From an uncultured SAR116 cluster alpha proteobacterium (GTDB lineage: Bacteria > Pseudomonadota > Alphaproteobacteria > Puniceispirillales > Marisalimonadaceae): a stretch of DNA of 64,000 bases. Location of the stretch: contig CACEFQ010000005.1 in assembly GCA_902558885.1 (NCBI GenBank), positions 43,659 to 107,658 on the forward strand, in the 5' to 3' direction. The translations under genes were made by a program, and so were the position numbers. The stretch's first letter is position 1; each line of letters begins with the position of its first letter. Below the pieces are notes generated by a model. That model worked only from the letters and a program-made list of their open reading frames with translations. It did no database searches and was not told the origin of the DNA. Of this stretch, positions 40,660 to 51,287 are shown one piece after another.

Positions 40660-41310
40660 TTATTTTAGTTTAAATGAACCCTCATTATCAAAAACTTTGG
40701 TAAAATTTTTTTTCAAATTGATATCTAATTCTTTTAGAGATATTTTTCTACCTAATTTATAAAAACTAGTTACACCAGAATTCGTTATTCCACAAGGTAC
40801 AATATTATTGAATTCATTTAAATTTGGATTTACGTTTATAGATATTCCATGAAATGTAATCCAACTGGAAATTCTTATACCAAGTGATGCAATTTTATTA
40901 TATTCATTATTATCTTTTACCCACACACCAGGCTGATCCTTAATCCTTGTCCCTTTAATATAGAAATCTTTTAAAGTAAGAATGATTAATTCTTCGAGTG
41001 CATATACGTATGCTTTTACATCCTGTAATCTATTTTTTAAATTTAACATTAAATAAATAACTCTTTGTCCAGGGCCATGCCAAGTCCACTGTCCTCCTCT
41101 TCCAGTATATTGAAAATTTACATTACTATTTTTTAAGTCTTCTAATTTTGCAGATGTTCCAGCAGTAAAAATAGAATTATGTTCTAAAAGCCATATCATT
41201 TCATTAGCATGATTTTTTTTAATATCTAAAACACGTTTGTTCATTTCTAAAACTGCAAAATCATATTCTACAGGATTATTTGATGTTTTCCATTCTATTT
41301 CATTAATCAA
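40660..41310 (-). CDS. lipB: Octanoyltransferase (lipoate biosynthesis)
   Basis: WLLEH, GRGGQWTWHGPGQ, KIASLG, HGISINV, IVPCG. Confidence 0.96.
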   Translation of the reverse strand: MINEIEWKTSNNPVEYDFAVLEMNKRVLDIKKNHANEMIWLLEHNSIFTAGTSAKLEDLKNSNVNFQYTGRGGQWTWHGPGQRVIYLMLNLKNRLQDVKAYVYALEELIILTLKDFYIKGTRIKDQPGVWVKDNNEYNKIASLGIRISSWITFHGISINVNPNLNEFNNIVPCGITNSGVTSFYKLGRKISLKELDINLKKNFTKVFDNEGSFKLK

Positions 41311-41400
41311 GATAATTACTTCCGTTAAATTACATACATAATATATTATTTATCTTGCAAAAATTATATCATTTTGTTATCGCAGAAGAGTATTTTTATT

Positions 41401-41487
41401 GCGGCTGTGGCGGAATTGGTAGACGCGCAGCGTTGAGGTCGCTGTGGAATAAACCCCGTGGAAGTTCGAGTCTTCTCAGCCGCACCA
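41401..41487 (+). tRNA. tRNA-Leu(GAG)
   Basis: GCGGCTGTGGCGGAATTGGTAGACGCGCAGCGTT-GAG-GTCGCTG, variable arm, GTTCGAGTC, CCA; 87 nt; divergent from lipB. Confidence 0.97.
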
Positions 41488-41527
41488 TCTATATTAAATA
41501 AAGAAATTTATTTAAAACTTTAATGAA

Positions 41528-41741
41528 CTAAGCATATTTTATATTAACCTTTACGTAACTCTTATGTATCATTACAGAATAATTAAGCACAGTTAAAAGT
41601 TAAGTTTCCATTTCGTTTATTCTGATATTACGATTATCCTTTGTTAAATGGTAACCGTTTGTATCTTCAATTCCAAAGCATTCATTACCATGATATATTT
41701 GTTTGAGAGGGGAGCAAACTAGCATTATTGAAAAAAAACAT
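41528..41741 (-). pseudogene. Probable degraded gene for a small Cys-containing protein
   Basis: GGGAG RBS, ATG 41741, then a T8 run; removing one T gives MFFSIMLVCSPLKQIYHGNECFGIEDTNGYHLTKDNRNIRINEMET*LLTVLNYSVMIHKSYVKVNIKYA*. Confidence 0.5.
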
Positions 41742-41969
41742 AATTATCTCCCTGCATAAAATATCTCCCATAGAAAAATTAAGGTTAATGATATTTTAAA
41801 CACTAGTTTTTTGAATTTATCATCAAAAAAAAATATAAATATAATTATTAGTGCATTAACTTGAATTTAATTAAATTTAATCGATTTCAACTAGGTAAAC
41901 TTTACTGAATTATTTAAGTTACAATTGATTATTAAGAAAATAGCTATTTATTCAAAAAAAGTGAAAAAT

Positions 41970-42218
41970 TTAATACACGTTGTTTTTTGAAATCTTAGCT
42001 TCTTTTTTGATCTTTTGCTCTAGGTGATCAATCATTACTCGTCTCATGTACTCAGCTCTGGCTAGATTTGTAAATGAATACTCACGAATATCATCATGGG
42101 TTAATCTTATAGAAAAATTATAGAATGCACCATTTTTCTTAATACTAGATGCACTACCTGCAGCGATTTTACTAGTATTTACTAATGTACCAAATTTAGT
42201 TTCGATTATGTTTGACAT
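41970..42218 (-). CDS. Small hypothetical protein (82 aa)
   Basis: GGAG RBS; motifs IETKFGTL, GSASS, GAFY.FS, DDIREYSFT. Confidence 0.8.
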   Translation of the reverse strand: MSNIIETKFGTLVNTSKIAAGSASSIKKNGAFYNFSIRLTHDDIREYSFTNLARAEYMRRVMIDHLEQKIKKEAKISKNNVY

Positions 42219-42309
42219 ATTTAATCTCCATAAAATTAAGCAATTTTTAATATATGATATTAAAAATATAAATAAGTCAAAAGAAAAGTTTATTTAAGTT
42301 TATTGAAAT

Positions 42310-42654
42310 TTAACAATATTCATATAAAAAATGTGATCTGTCATAAGTATGTTGTCTTACGTGAGTACTCCATCGACCTTTTTCCACAGCAATCGCCCAA
42401 TCTTTACTATTAATAACATCTGGATTTTCAATTTCATACATAGCTACAAATTTTTGATTAGGTGCATCCATTGATTTTGTTTCACCGCCTATAGAAAAAT
42501 TAAAAGGTATCCCTTTTCCTCTAGTTACTTTATTTACCCCTGAAACCTTAAGCAAGTAGGGTACATGCTCTTTATCATATACCTCATTAAATAAATCTTC
42601 ATATTCTTTTTTAATATTCATAGATACTATAAAAACAAATTTGGAAATAGTCAT
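42310..42654 (-). CDS. EthD/DUF4286-like dimeric alpha+beta barrel protein
   Basis: FNEVYDKEHVPYLLKVSGV...R and FVAMYEI pattern. Confidence 0.65.
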   Translation of the reverse strand: MTISKFVFIVSMNIKKEYEDLFNEVYDKEHVPYLLKVSGVNKVTRGKGIPFNFSIGGETKSMDAPNQKFVAMYEIENPDVINSKDWAIAVEKGRWSTHVRQHTYDRSHFLYEYC

Positions 42655-42655
42655 G

Positions 42656-42916
42656 CTAACTCCTTTTTTTATTATATAATTTGACTAACATTTCTTTATT
42701 TTTTTTATTAAGTTTTTTAATTTCTATTTCTCTTTTAAGAGCGTTGCCTCTACTTTGGCACTCTTCTATGTAAATTAATTTAAATGGTAATCTAGTTCTA
42801 ACATATTTTGACCCGTTACCCTTGGCATGGGTTTCTAACCTTTTTTTCAAATTATTTGAAATCCCAGTGTAGATAGAATTATCATTACATTTAACCATAT
42901 AAACAACCCAGTTCAT
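42656..42916 (-). CDS. GIY-YIG nuclease family protein (UPF0213, YhbQ/YazA-like)
   Basis: VYMVKCND, YTGISN, RLETH, GSKYVR, ALKREIEIK; 86 aa. Confidence 0.92.
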   Translation of the reverse strand: MNWVVYMVKCNDNSIYTGISNNLKKRLETHAKGNGSKYVRTRLPFKLIYIEECQSRGNALKREIEIKKLNKKNKEMLVKLYNKKRS

Positions 42917-42929
42917 AAAATTATTGCAT

Positions 42930-43886
42930 CTAATTATCTTTAATCAAATTAATAAAAACTTCTTCAAGACTAACGTTTTTAGTAGATAAATCTAATATTT
43001 TTAAATCTGTTTTATAAATTATTTCTATTATTTTATTCATAGTCGTATATTTTGGATTGAAGTATATTTCAATTTTATTTTTACGAATTTTAACATGACC
43101 AATATTTTTAATAGAGTTTTTATCTTTTTCAGTAATCTTGTTGTTATTTAATGTAATAAATATTACTTTTTGATTTGACTTTGAAAGTAAGGATTTTTTT
43201 GTTTCATTAGCAATGATTCTACCCTTATTGATTATAGCAATATGATCACATAAAAATTCAGCCTCTTCTAAATAATGTGTAGTTAATATTATAGTAACAC
43301 CAAGTTCATTTAATTTTTTAAAATAATTCCATAGTTTTTGTCTTAATTCTACATCTACTCCTGCCGTTGGTTCATCAAGAATAACAATAGGTGGTGAGTG
43401 AACCATCGCTTTTGCAACTAATAGTCTTCGTCGCATGCCGCCAGATAATTTTCTGCTGTATGTTTCAGATTTGTCGGTTAAATCCATTAATTCTAAAAGT
43501 TCATCTGTCCTCCACTTACCTTTTGGAACATTAAACATTCCAGAATGAAGATTTAGTGTTTCTTTTGGTGTAAAAAAAGCATCAATGTTTAGTTCTTGTG
43601 GCACAACACCGACGGCGAGTTTAGATTGTTTTCTATATGTATCTATATCTAGACCCCATACAACTACCCTCCCAGAAGTTTTTATAACTGCCCCAGAAAT
43701 AATGTTGATTAAAGTTGATTTTCCTGCACCATTAGGTCCAAGTAAACCAAATATACTGCCAACGGGTACATTTAACGATATATCATCTAATGCAATATTT
43801 TTAGTTTCATCATTATAAATTTTATTTAATTTTTCAATTTGCAATGCTAATTTGTTGTACGGAATTTCCCAATATTTTTCTCTCAC
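42930..43886 (-). CDS. ABC-2 type transporter ATP-binding protein (YadG-like)
   Basis: GPNGAGKST, VPQE, LSGGMRRR, LDEPTAGVD, LTTHYLEEA. Confidence 0.92.
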   Translation of the reverse strand: MREKYWEIPYNKLALQIEKLNKIYNDETKNIALDDISLNVPVGSIFGLLGPNGAGKSTLINIISGAVIKTSGRVVVWGLDIDTYRKQSKLAVGVVPQELNIDAFFTPKETLNLHSGMFNVPKGKWRTDELLELMDLTDKSETYSRKLSGGMRRRLLVAKAMVHSPPIVILDEPTAGVDVELRQKLWNYFKKLNELGVTIILTTHYLEEAEFLCDHIAIINKGRIIANETKKSLLSKSNQKVIFITLNNNKITEKDKNSIKNIGHVKIRKNKIEIYFNPKYTTMNKIIEIIYKTDLKILDLSTKNVSLEEVFINLIKDN

Positions 43887-44064
43887 TTAAGCTCTTTCTT
43901 TTCTGAAATATTTACTAGTTTATAAAATGACATTAATTATGATTTAATGACAACCGTCTAATAATTAATTATAATAATACTGTAAACAAATAGGTTGCAA
44001 GATAGTTTTAAATACAATTTTTTTAATACGAAAATAATTTAATAAAATGAATTCTGTAAATTAA

Positions 44065-46911
44065 ATGAATACACAGATTGAAAATAATGTAAGACCTAAT
44101 CTTAAATTGAATGATCCAAATAATTTATTTCTTATTGATGGATCGGGGTATATTTTTAGAGCTTTTTATGGCCTCCCTTCTATGAATAATGGTAATGGTG
44201 TACCAGTTAATGCGGTATTCGGTTATACTAAAATGCTTCTAAAACTCATTGCTGATTTTAAACCAATGTATGTAGCAGTTATATTTGATGTTGCTAGAAA
44301 AACTTTCAGAAATGATCTATATGCTTTGTATAAAGCAAATAGATCTGATCCTCCTGAAGAATTAATTCCTCAATTTTCAATTATAAGAGATGCTACTAAC
44401 GCAATAGGATTGCCTGTAGTCGAAATGGAAGGATATGAAGCTGATGACTTAATTGCTACATATTCCAATATTGCATCAAAAATGAATAAAAATGTTATAA
44501 TTGTATCTAGTGACAAAGATTTGATGCAATTAGTTGATCATAATACAACTTTATTCGATCCTATGAAACAATTCTGGATTAATGATGATAAAGTTTTTGA
44601 AAAATTTGGAGTTTATCCTAGTAAGGTGATTGATGTTCAGTCTCTTGCAGGTGATACTAGTGATAACATACCTGGCGTACCTGGAATTGGTATTAAAACA
44701 GCAGCTGAATTGATTAACGAATATGGAAATCTTGACCAATTATTAAATAGAGCATCTGAGATAAAACAAAATAAAAGAAGAGAGAATTTACTAGAATACG
44801 CAGATCAGGCAATATTATCTAGATCATTAGTAACACTTAAAAAAGACGTTCCTATTAAATCTCAGATAGAAGAATTTAAAATAAGTGCTGAATTAGAGTT
44901 AAATAAATTAATTCCTTTTTTGAAGACACATGGTTTTAAAAGCTTACTAAATAAATATGAAAACAGTGGAGAACTAAAAACTAATATTTCTAAATCTGAG
45001 AAAAAAAATAATCCTACCAACAACATAAATGAATATAGCTCTATTTCAAAAAAATACGAATTAATTGAAGATAAAGATCAATTGATAAAATTTTTAGAGC
45101 ATTGTTATAGTAAAACTGTAATTTCATTTGATTGTGAAACTAATTCTTTAAATGCAAAGATTGCAAATTTAGTAGGTATTTCTCTATCGTGTGAAGAAGG
45201 TTTAGCTTGTTATATACCATTAAGACATGGACAAAAACTTGATAATCAATCAGACTTTAATTTTGATAATATAAAATCCTTTAATCAAATTTGTTTTAAT
45301 GATGCCATTGAATTACTTAAACCTATTTTAGAGGATAAATCCATTTTAAAAATTGGACATAATATCAAATTTGACGCATTGGTAGTTAAACAATCACATA
45401 ATGGAAACATTAACATTGATCCAATTGCAGATACTATGTGCCTTTCTTATGTTGTTGACTCAGGCAGAGTAGATAGTCACAAATTAGATGCTATGGCTTT
45501 GCGTGAGTTAAGTCACAATACAATCAAATACGAAGATATTTGTGGAAAAGGAAAAAACAAAATTTTATTTAATCAATTGTCACCATCTGATGCATTGGAT
45601 TATGCAGCTGAAGATGCAGATGTAACTTTAGCAGTATATAACAGAATTTTACCAAGAATATTTAATGATAAAAAATTTTCTGTTTATAAAAGATTAGAGA
45701 ATCCATTAATTAATGTATTAATAGAAATGGAAAATACTGGTGTAACAATAAATGCTCAAAAACTCTCAGAAATCTCCAAAAATTTATCTGATGAAATTCA
45801 AAAATTAGAAATTAAAATTTTTGATCATAGTGGTAAAATCTTCAACGTTGGCTCTCCAAAACAACTAGGAGAAATTTTGTTTGATGAAATGAAGATTAAG
45901 GGTGGTAAACGCTCCAAAAATGGATCTTGGCAAACTAGTGTTGATGTTCTTGAAAACCTCTCAGATTTAGGACATGAAATTGCACAACTTATTTTAAATT
46001 GGAGACATTTTTCAAAGTTAAAGAGTACTTATACTGATGCATTAGTTGAACAAATAAATCCAAAAACTAACAGAGTACATACTAATTACTCAATGGTTGG
46101 TGCTAGTACTGGAAGATTGTCCTCTTCAAATCCAAATTTACAGAATATTCCCATAAAAACAGAAGAAGGAAGATTAATTAGAACAGCGTTTGTGTCTAAG
46201 CCAGGTTTTAAATTAGTATCGATGGACTATTCACAAATCGAATTAAGGTTAATAGCGCATATAGCTGATGAGATGAAAATGTTGGATGCTTTTAATAATA
46301 ATCTAGACATTCATTCTGATACTGCTTCAAAAGTCTTTAGAATCCCCATAAATGAGATAACATCAGATTTAAGAAGGAAAGCTAAAGCTATAAATTTCGG
46401 AATTATATATGGTATTTCTGCGTATGGTCTTGCAAAACAATTGAAGTGTTCTGCAATTGAAGCTAAAGAATTTATAGATTCATATTTCAAAAGATTTCCA
46501 AGAATTAGAGATTATATGGAAGAGATTAAATCTAACTTAGAAGAAAATGGATACGTAGAAACTCTGTTCAATAGACGCATTTATATTAATGACAGCAATT
46601 CTAAAAATCAAAGGTTAAAAGGATTTGCCGAAAGGCAAGCGATCAATGCGCCTATTCAAGGATCAGCTGCTGATATAATAAAACTAGCAATGGTAAAAAT
46701 ACACAAAAATTTATTTAATCATAAAAATAACGTTTCAATGCTTATGCAAGTTCATGATGAGCTCGTATTTGAGATAAAAGAAACCAGTATTGATAAATAT
46801 TCTAAGATTATCCAAGAAATTATGGAGCATGCTAATTTACCTAGAGTTTCATTGAACGTTAACTTAAAAGTAGACACTGGTTTTGGAGATAATTGGGCTG
46901 AGGCTCATTAG
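44065..46911 (+). CDS. polA: DNA polymerase I
   Basis: 5'-3' exo (LIDGSGYIFRAFY, EADD), 3'-5' exo (FDCET, HNIKFD, YAAED), polymerase (DYSQIELR, KAINFGIIYG, QVHDEL). Confidence 0.99.
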   Translation: MNTQIENNVRPNLKLNDPNNLFLIDGSGYIFRAFYGLPSMNNGNGVPVNAVFGYTKMLLKLIADFKPMYVAVIFDVARKTFRNDLYALYKANRSDPPEELIPQFSIIRDATNAIGLPVVEMEGYEADDLIATYSNIASKMNKNVIIVSSDKDLMQLVDHNTTLFDPMKQFWINDDKVFEKFGVYPSKVIDVQSLAGDTSDNIPGVPGIGIKTAAELINEYGNLDQLLNRASEIKQNKRRENLLEYADQAILSRSLVTLKKDVPIKSQIEEFKISAELELNKLIPFLKTHGFKSLLNKYENSGELKTNISKSEKKNNPTNNINEYSSISKKYELIEDKDQLIKFLEHCYSKTVISFDCETNSLNAKIANLVGISLSCEEGLACYIPLRHGQKLDNQSDFNFDNIKSFNQICFNDAIELLKPILEDKSILKIGHNIKFDALVVKQSHNGNINIDPIADTMCLSYVVDSGRVDSHKLDAMALRELSHNTIKYEDICGKGKNKILFNQLSPSDALDYAAEDADVTLAVYNRILPRIFNDKKFSVYKRLENPLINVLIEMENTGVTINAQKLSEISKNLSDEIQKLEIKIFDHSGKIFNVGSPKQLGEILFDEMKIKGGKRSKNGSWQTSVDVLENLSDLGHEIAQLILNWRHFSKLKSTYTDALVEQINPKTNRVHTNYSMVGASTGRLSSSNPNLQNIPIKTEEGRLIRTAFVSKPGFKLVSMDYSQIELRLIAHIADEMKMLDAFNNNLDIHSDTASKVFRIPINEITSDLRRKAKAINFGIIYGISAYGLAKQLKCSAIEAKEFIDSYFKRFPRIRDYMEEIKSNLEENGYVETLFNRRIYINDSNSKNQRLKGFAERQAINAPIQGSAADIIKLAMVKIHKNLFNHKNNVSMLMQVHDELVFEIKETSIDKYSKIIQEIMEHANLPRVSLNVNLKVDTGFGDNWAEAH

Positions 46912-47012
46912 ACATTATGAACATAAATTAACGTAATTTAGCCTTGAATAAACCTAAATTTTCTACTCAAATTATCATATAACTAAATTTTAATTAAAAT
47001 ATAGGCAAAAGA

Positions 47013-47702
47013 ATGAGTGAAAAAATAATTCTTCTTGATGATGATAATAATATTTTAACATCAGTTTCGGTAGCTTTAAAAGCTGAAGGCTGGGTAGTAG
47101 AAACTTATAATGACAGTGAACAAGGTCTAATAGCACTTCAAAGAAATACACCTGATATAGCAATATTAGATATTAAAATGCCTAAACTTGACGGCATGGA
47201 AGTTTTAAAAAAACTAAGAGAATCAAATGACGTTCCCGTAATTTTTTTAACCAGTAAAGATGATGAAATTGATGAAGCAATTGGACTTAGAATGGGAGCT
47301 GATGATTATATTACTAAGCCATTTTCCCAGAAGCTTTTGATTGAAAGAATAAGAGCTGTACTGAGAAGAAGTTCATATAAAAACAATGATGTTTCAGATA
47401 AGTTAATTCAAAGGAATGATTTATCACTTGATCCAGATAGACATCTTTGTAAATGGAAAGGAAAAGAAATAAGACTTACAGTCACTGAATTTTTAATTCT
47501 GTATTCTTTAGCTCAAAGACCTGGATTAGTAAAAAACAGAGATCAACTCATTGATACAGCCTATGGTGAAACTATATATGTAGATGACAGAACAATTGAT
47601 AGTCATATTAAAAGAATGAGAAGAAAATTTAGGGTTTTTGATAAAAATTTTGACCATATTGAAACTTTATATGGTGTGGGATATAGATATAGAGATTTAT
47701 AA
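47013..47702 (+). CDS. chvI: Two-component response regulator ChvI
   Basis: [55 protein letters not shown]. Confidence 0.93.
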   Translation: MSEKIILLDDDNNILTSVSVALKAEGWVVETYNDSEQGLIALQRNTPDIAILDIKMPKLDGMEVLKKLRESNDVPVIFLTSKDDEIDEAIGLRMGADDYITKPFSQKLLIERIRAVLRRSSYKNNDVSDKLIQRNDLSLDPDRHLCKWKGKEIRLTVTEFLILYSLAQRPGLVKNRDQLIDTAYGETIYVDDRTIDSHIKRMRRKFRVFDKNFDHIETLYGVGYRYRDL

Positions 47703-47705
47703 AAA

Positions 47706-49310
47706 TTGAAATTTATTTTAAAAAAAATGGAGAAGTTATATTTTCCTCTAAAAATGAGGATATTATTTATAATATTATTACCTGTTATATTATACCCAAT
47801 TATTTTAATTTATTTTAATAAGTATCAAGATATTCTAATTAAGTCTGAATTTGCAGCTATTGAAAGACAAGGTTTAACGCTGACTAAAGCGCTTGCGTTG
47901 GCAGAAAATCAGTATGGATTAATCCAGAATAATCAAATATCAAGTCCAGCTCTACAAAGTCTTATTCCAAAGGTTGAATATGGGTCTAATATAAGAGCAA
48001 GACTTTTTAATATGTATGGAAATTTAATAGCAGACACAAAAGCAAGTATGAAGTACAGTCCTTTTGTTGAAGTAAGCCCATTACCAGCTGTTGACAATGG
48101 TTTTTCAATTACAAACACTTTATCAAAATTTGTATCTTTATTTTCAAATTTAATCTCAAAACCTCTGAATTTACCTCTTTATAGAGATAATACAATTTTT
48201 TCATTTGAGGACTTCCCAGAAGTTATTATGGCGCTAAAAGGGAAAACTCAAAAAATCTTACGACAAGATAGTAAAAGTAAACTTTATTTGTCTGTAGCTA
48301 TACCAATCAAAAACATTCGTATGGTAAGAGGAGCAGTTCTTCTTTCTGTTTCTGGAAAAAAAATTGAACAAGAATTAATCAATTTGGAAACTGAGCTTTT
48401 TAAAGCTTTTGGTCTTATCTTATTAGCAACAGTGGCTCTCGCTATTTATTTAGGAAGATCAATTACCAATCCTATAGTTAGATTATCTAATGAAGCAGAT
48501 AAAATTGCAGAGGATAAAACACTTAAAACTTTTAGTCTGGATAAATTTAGAAATAGGAAAGATGAAATAGGTAATTTAGCACAATCTTTTTTTAAAATGA
48601 CTAATGAATTACAAAAAAGAATAGATCATATTGCTGAGTTTGCTGCTGATGTGGCCCACGAGTTAAAAAATCCAATAACATCTGTTAGGTCTGCTTCTGA
48701 AACAATTACAAAAGTTAGAAGTATGAGTGAACAAAAAAAATTAATTAAAGTAATACAAAATGACGTTGAAAGAATAGATAGATTGATAAATGATATTTCT
48801 GCTGCTTCTAGACTAGATGCAGAATTATCAAGAATAGAAATAAAAAAAATAAATATTTCAAATCTTCTCGAAACTCTTGTTGATATTAGATCGTCTACAA
48901 TAAAATCAAAAATTAATCTTTTAAAACATACTGAAGATATTTATATCTTAGGTGACGAAAATAAGATTGCACAAGTTTTCGATAATTTAATTCAAAATGC
49001 AGCTTCGTTTTCAAAGGAAAACAATTTTATAAATGTTATATTAGAAAAAAATTTAGTAAACGTTACCATTATAGTTGAAGATAATGGACCAGGTTTTTCA
49101 AAAGGATCTCTGAAGAAGGTCTTTAACAGATTTTATACAGACAGACCAAAAAATGAAAAATTTGGGAATCATTCAGGTTTGGGATTGTCTATTTCTAAAC
49201 AAATTGTTGAAGCACATGGTGGATCAATAGAGGCTTTAAATCGTTTAAATAAAAAAAAGGAATGTCTTGGGGGTAGCGTCAAAGTTACTTTTCCAGAAGT
49301 CAAAACTTAA
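47706..49310 (+). CDS. chvG: Sensor histidine kinase ChvG (start uncertain; ATG 47727 is an alternative)
   Basis: Two TM segments, RARLF sensor domain, HAMP, FAADVAHELKNP, RFYTDRP, NHSGLGLSISKQIVEAHGG. Confidence 0.93.
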   Translation: MKFILKKMEKLYFPLKMRILFIILLPVILYPIILIYFNKYQDILIKSEFAAIERQGLTLTKALALAENQYGLIQNNQISSPALQSLIPKVEYGSNIRARLFNMYGNLIADTKASMKYSPFVEVSPLPAVDNGFSITNTLSKFVSLFSNLISKPLNLPLYRDNTIFSFEDFPEVIMALKGKTQKILRQDSKSKLYLSVAIPIKNIRMVRGAVLLSVSGKKIEQELINLETELFKAFGLILLATVALAIYLGRSITNPIVRLSNEADKIAEDKTLKTFSLDKFRNRKDEIGNLAQSFFKMTNELQKRIDHIAEFAADVAHELKNPITSVRSASETITKVRSMSEQKKLIKVIQNDVERIDRLINDISAASRLDAELSRIEIKKINISNLLETLVDIRSSTIKSKINLLKHTEDIYILGDENKIAQVFDNLIQNAASFSKENNFINVILEKNLVNVTIIVEDNGPGFSKGSLKKVFNRFYTDRPKNEKFGNHSGLGLSISKQIVEAHGGSIEALNRLNKKKECLGGSVKVTFPEVKT

Positions 49311-49387
49311 ATTTTAAATGTTTTAATTCGAGCTTTTAATGAGTAATTTTAAATGTTATAGGATTATTAAAATAAATAAGGATTATT

Positions 49388-50779
49388 ATGAAGGATTATT
49401 CAATTACAGATATAAATCTTGCTGAATGGGGAAGAAAAGAAATCTCAATTGCTGAAACTGAGATGCCAGGATTAATGGCATGTAGAGAACTATTTTCAAA
49501 GGATAAACCATTAAAAGGTACAAGGATTGCTGGTTGTTTGCATATGACAATTCAAACAGCTGTCCTTATAGAAACTTTAACTAGTCTTGGGGCTAGTGTT
49601 AGATGGGCTAGCTGTAACATTTTCTCAACTCAAGATCATGCAGCAGCGGCAATAGCAAAACAAAATATTCCAGTGTTTGCAAAAAAAGGAGAAACCTTAA
49701 AAGAATATTGGAGTTACGTAGATAAAATATTTACTTGGTCGGAGGACAACGTTGCAAATATGATTTTAGATGATGGTGGTGATGCAACTTTATACATTAT
49801 ACTAGGTGCTAAAGCAGAAAGTGGTGATCAAGTTCTACCTAACCCTGCTAATGAAGAAGAAGAGGCTCTTAAGTCACAAATTTTATCCAGACTTGAAAGT
49901 TCTCCAGGATGGTTCACAAAAGTTAAAAATGGTATTAAAGGCGTTACTGAAGAAACAACTACAGGGGTTCTTAGATTATATCAAATGGCAGAAAAAGGAG
50001 ATCTTCCATTTCCTGCAATCAATGTAAACGACTCAGTAACAAAATCTAAATTTGATAATCTTTATGGATGTAGAGAATCTCTAGTAGATGGCATTAGAAG
50101 AGCCACTGATGTGATGTTATCTGGTAAAGTTGCTGTTGTTGCAGGTTATGGTGATGTTGGGAAAGGATCTGCAGCTTCACTTCGTCAAGGTGGAGCTAGA
50201 GTGATTGTAACTGAAATTGATCCGATATGCGCATTGCAAGCAGCAATGGAGGGATATGAAGTATGTTCTATGGAAGAGGCATGTTCAAGAGGTGACATAT
50301 TTGTTACAGCAACTGGAAATAAAGATGTTATCACTGTGGATCACATGAGAGAAATGAAAGACAGATCAATCGTTTGCAACATTGGCCACTTTGATTCAGA
50401 AATTCAAGTTGAATCACTTCAAAATATGAAATGGTCAGAGGTTAAGCCTCAAGTGGATGAGGTTGAGTTTCAAGACGGTAAACGTCTAATTGTTTTGGCA
50501 AAAGGAAGATTGGTTAACTTAGGGTGTGCTACTGGACATCCGAGTTTTGTAATGAGTGCTTCTTTTACCAATCAAGTTCTTGCTCAGATAGAGTTATGGG
50601 AAAAGCCAGATAATTATGAAAATAAGGTATATACTTTACCAAGACATTTAGATGAAAAAGTTGCTAAATTACATCTTGATAAAGTTGGTGCTACTTTAAG
50701 TAAGCTTTCAAATGAACAAGCTGAGTACATTGGTGTCCCAGTGGAAGGACCGTTTAAATCAGACAATTATAGATATTAA
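49388..50779 (+). CDS. ahcY: S-adenosylhomocysteine hydrolase
   Basis: [42 protein letters not shown]. Confidence 0.99.
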   Translation: MKDYSITDINLAEWGRKEISIAETEMPGLMACRELFSKDKPLKGTRIAGCLHMTIQTAVLIETLTSLGASVRWASCNIFSTQDHAAAAIAKQNIPVFAKKGETLKEYWSYVDKIFTWSEDNVANMILDDGGDATLYIILGAKAESGDQVLPNPANEEEEALKSQILSRLESSPGWFTKVKNGIKGVTEETTTGVLRLYQMAEKGDLPFPAINVNDSVTKSKFDNLYGCRESLVDGIRRATDVMLSGKVAVVAGYGDVGKGSAASLRQGGARVIVTEIDPICALQAAMEGYEVCSMEEACSRGDIFVTATGNKDVITVDHMREMKDRSIVCNIGHFDSEIQVESLQNMKWSEVKPQVDEVEFQDGKRLIVLAKGRLVNLGCATGHPSFVMSASFTNQVLAQIELWEKPDNYENKVYTLPRHLDEKVAKLHLDKVGATLSKLSNEQAEYIGVPVEGPFKSDNYRY

Positions 50780-50782
50780 TTA

Positions 50783-51277
50783 ATGAAATTGATATTAGAA
50801 ACAACGATTAAATCAAAATCTGAAATGCACAACTTTGGTATACAATTAGCAAAGCTATTTTCAATAAGTGATGTTATTACATTTGATGGTGATTTAGGTA
50901 TTGGAAAAACTTTTTTATGTAAATCAATCATAAATTATTTAACAAAAATTAATGAAGTTGTAAGCCCTACATTTAATATCATTCAAACATATCCATTGCA
51001 AAAATATCAAGAAATATGGCACTGTGATTTTTATAGGATTAATTGTTTTGAAGAGGTGGAAGAGATTGGTGTTTTTGAAGATATAAAAAAAAAAATTATT
51101 ATCCTTGAGTGGCCAAAATTTAAATATGAATTAAGTCAATTTAATCCCTTGAGTGTTGATATTGAAATCATAAATAATAATCAAAGTAACTTATCCGAAT
51201 ATAGAAAAATTTCTTTATCTGGTTCAAAAAAATGGGATAATAAAATTAAAAATTTACATAACTTTTTTGCTTTGTGA
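50783..51277 (+). CDS. tsaE: tRNA t6A biosynthesis ATPase TsaE
   Basis: GDLGIGKT, SPTF, HCDFYR, LEWP. Confidence 0.95.
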   Translation: MKLILETTIKSKSEMHNFGIQLAKLFSISDVITFDGDLGIGKTFLCKSIINYLTKINEVVSPTFNIIQTYPLQKYQEIWHCDFYRINCFEEVEEIGVFEDIKKKIIILEWPKFKYELSQFNPLSVDIEIINNNQSNLSEYRKISLSGSKKWDNKIKNLHNFFAL

Positions 51278-51287
51278 GGTCAATAAT

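Noticed and set aside
42656-42916. GIY-YIG protein as a homing endonuclease or restriction system
   Set aside because: It is an 86-aa single-domain UPF0213-type protein with no intron, DNA-binding extension or methyltransferase partner.
41488-43886. Intact prophage or integrative element at tRNA-Leu
   Set aside because: No integrase or structural genes, and I saw no duplicated tRNA 3' end (att site) by eye; at most an old remnant.
49311-49387. SAH or SAM/SAH riboswitch upstream of ahcY
   Set aside because: The 77-bp spacer is almost all A/T with no visible pairing potential.
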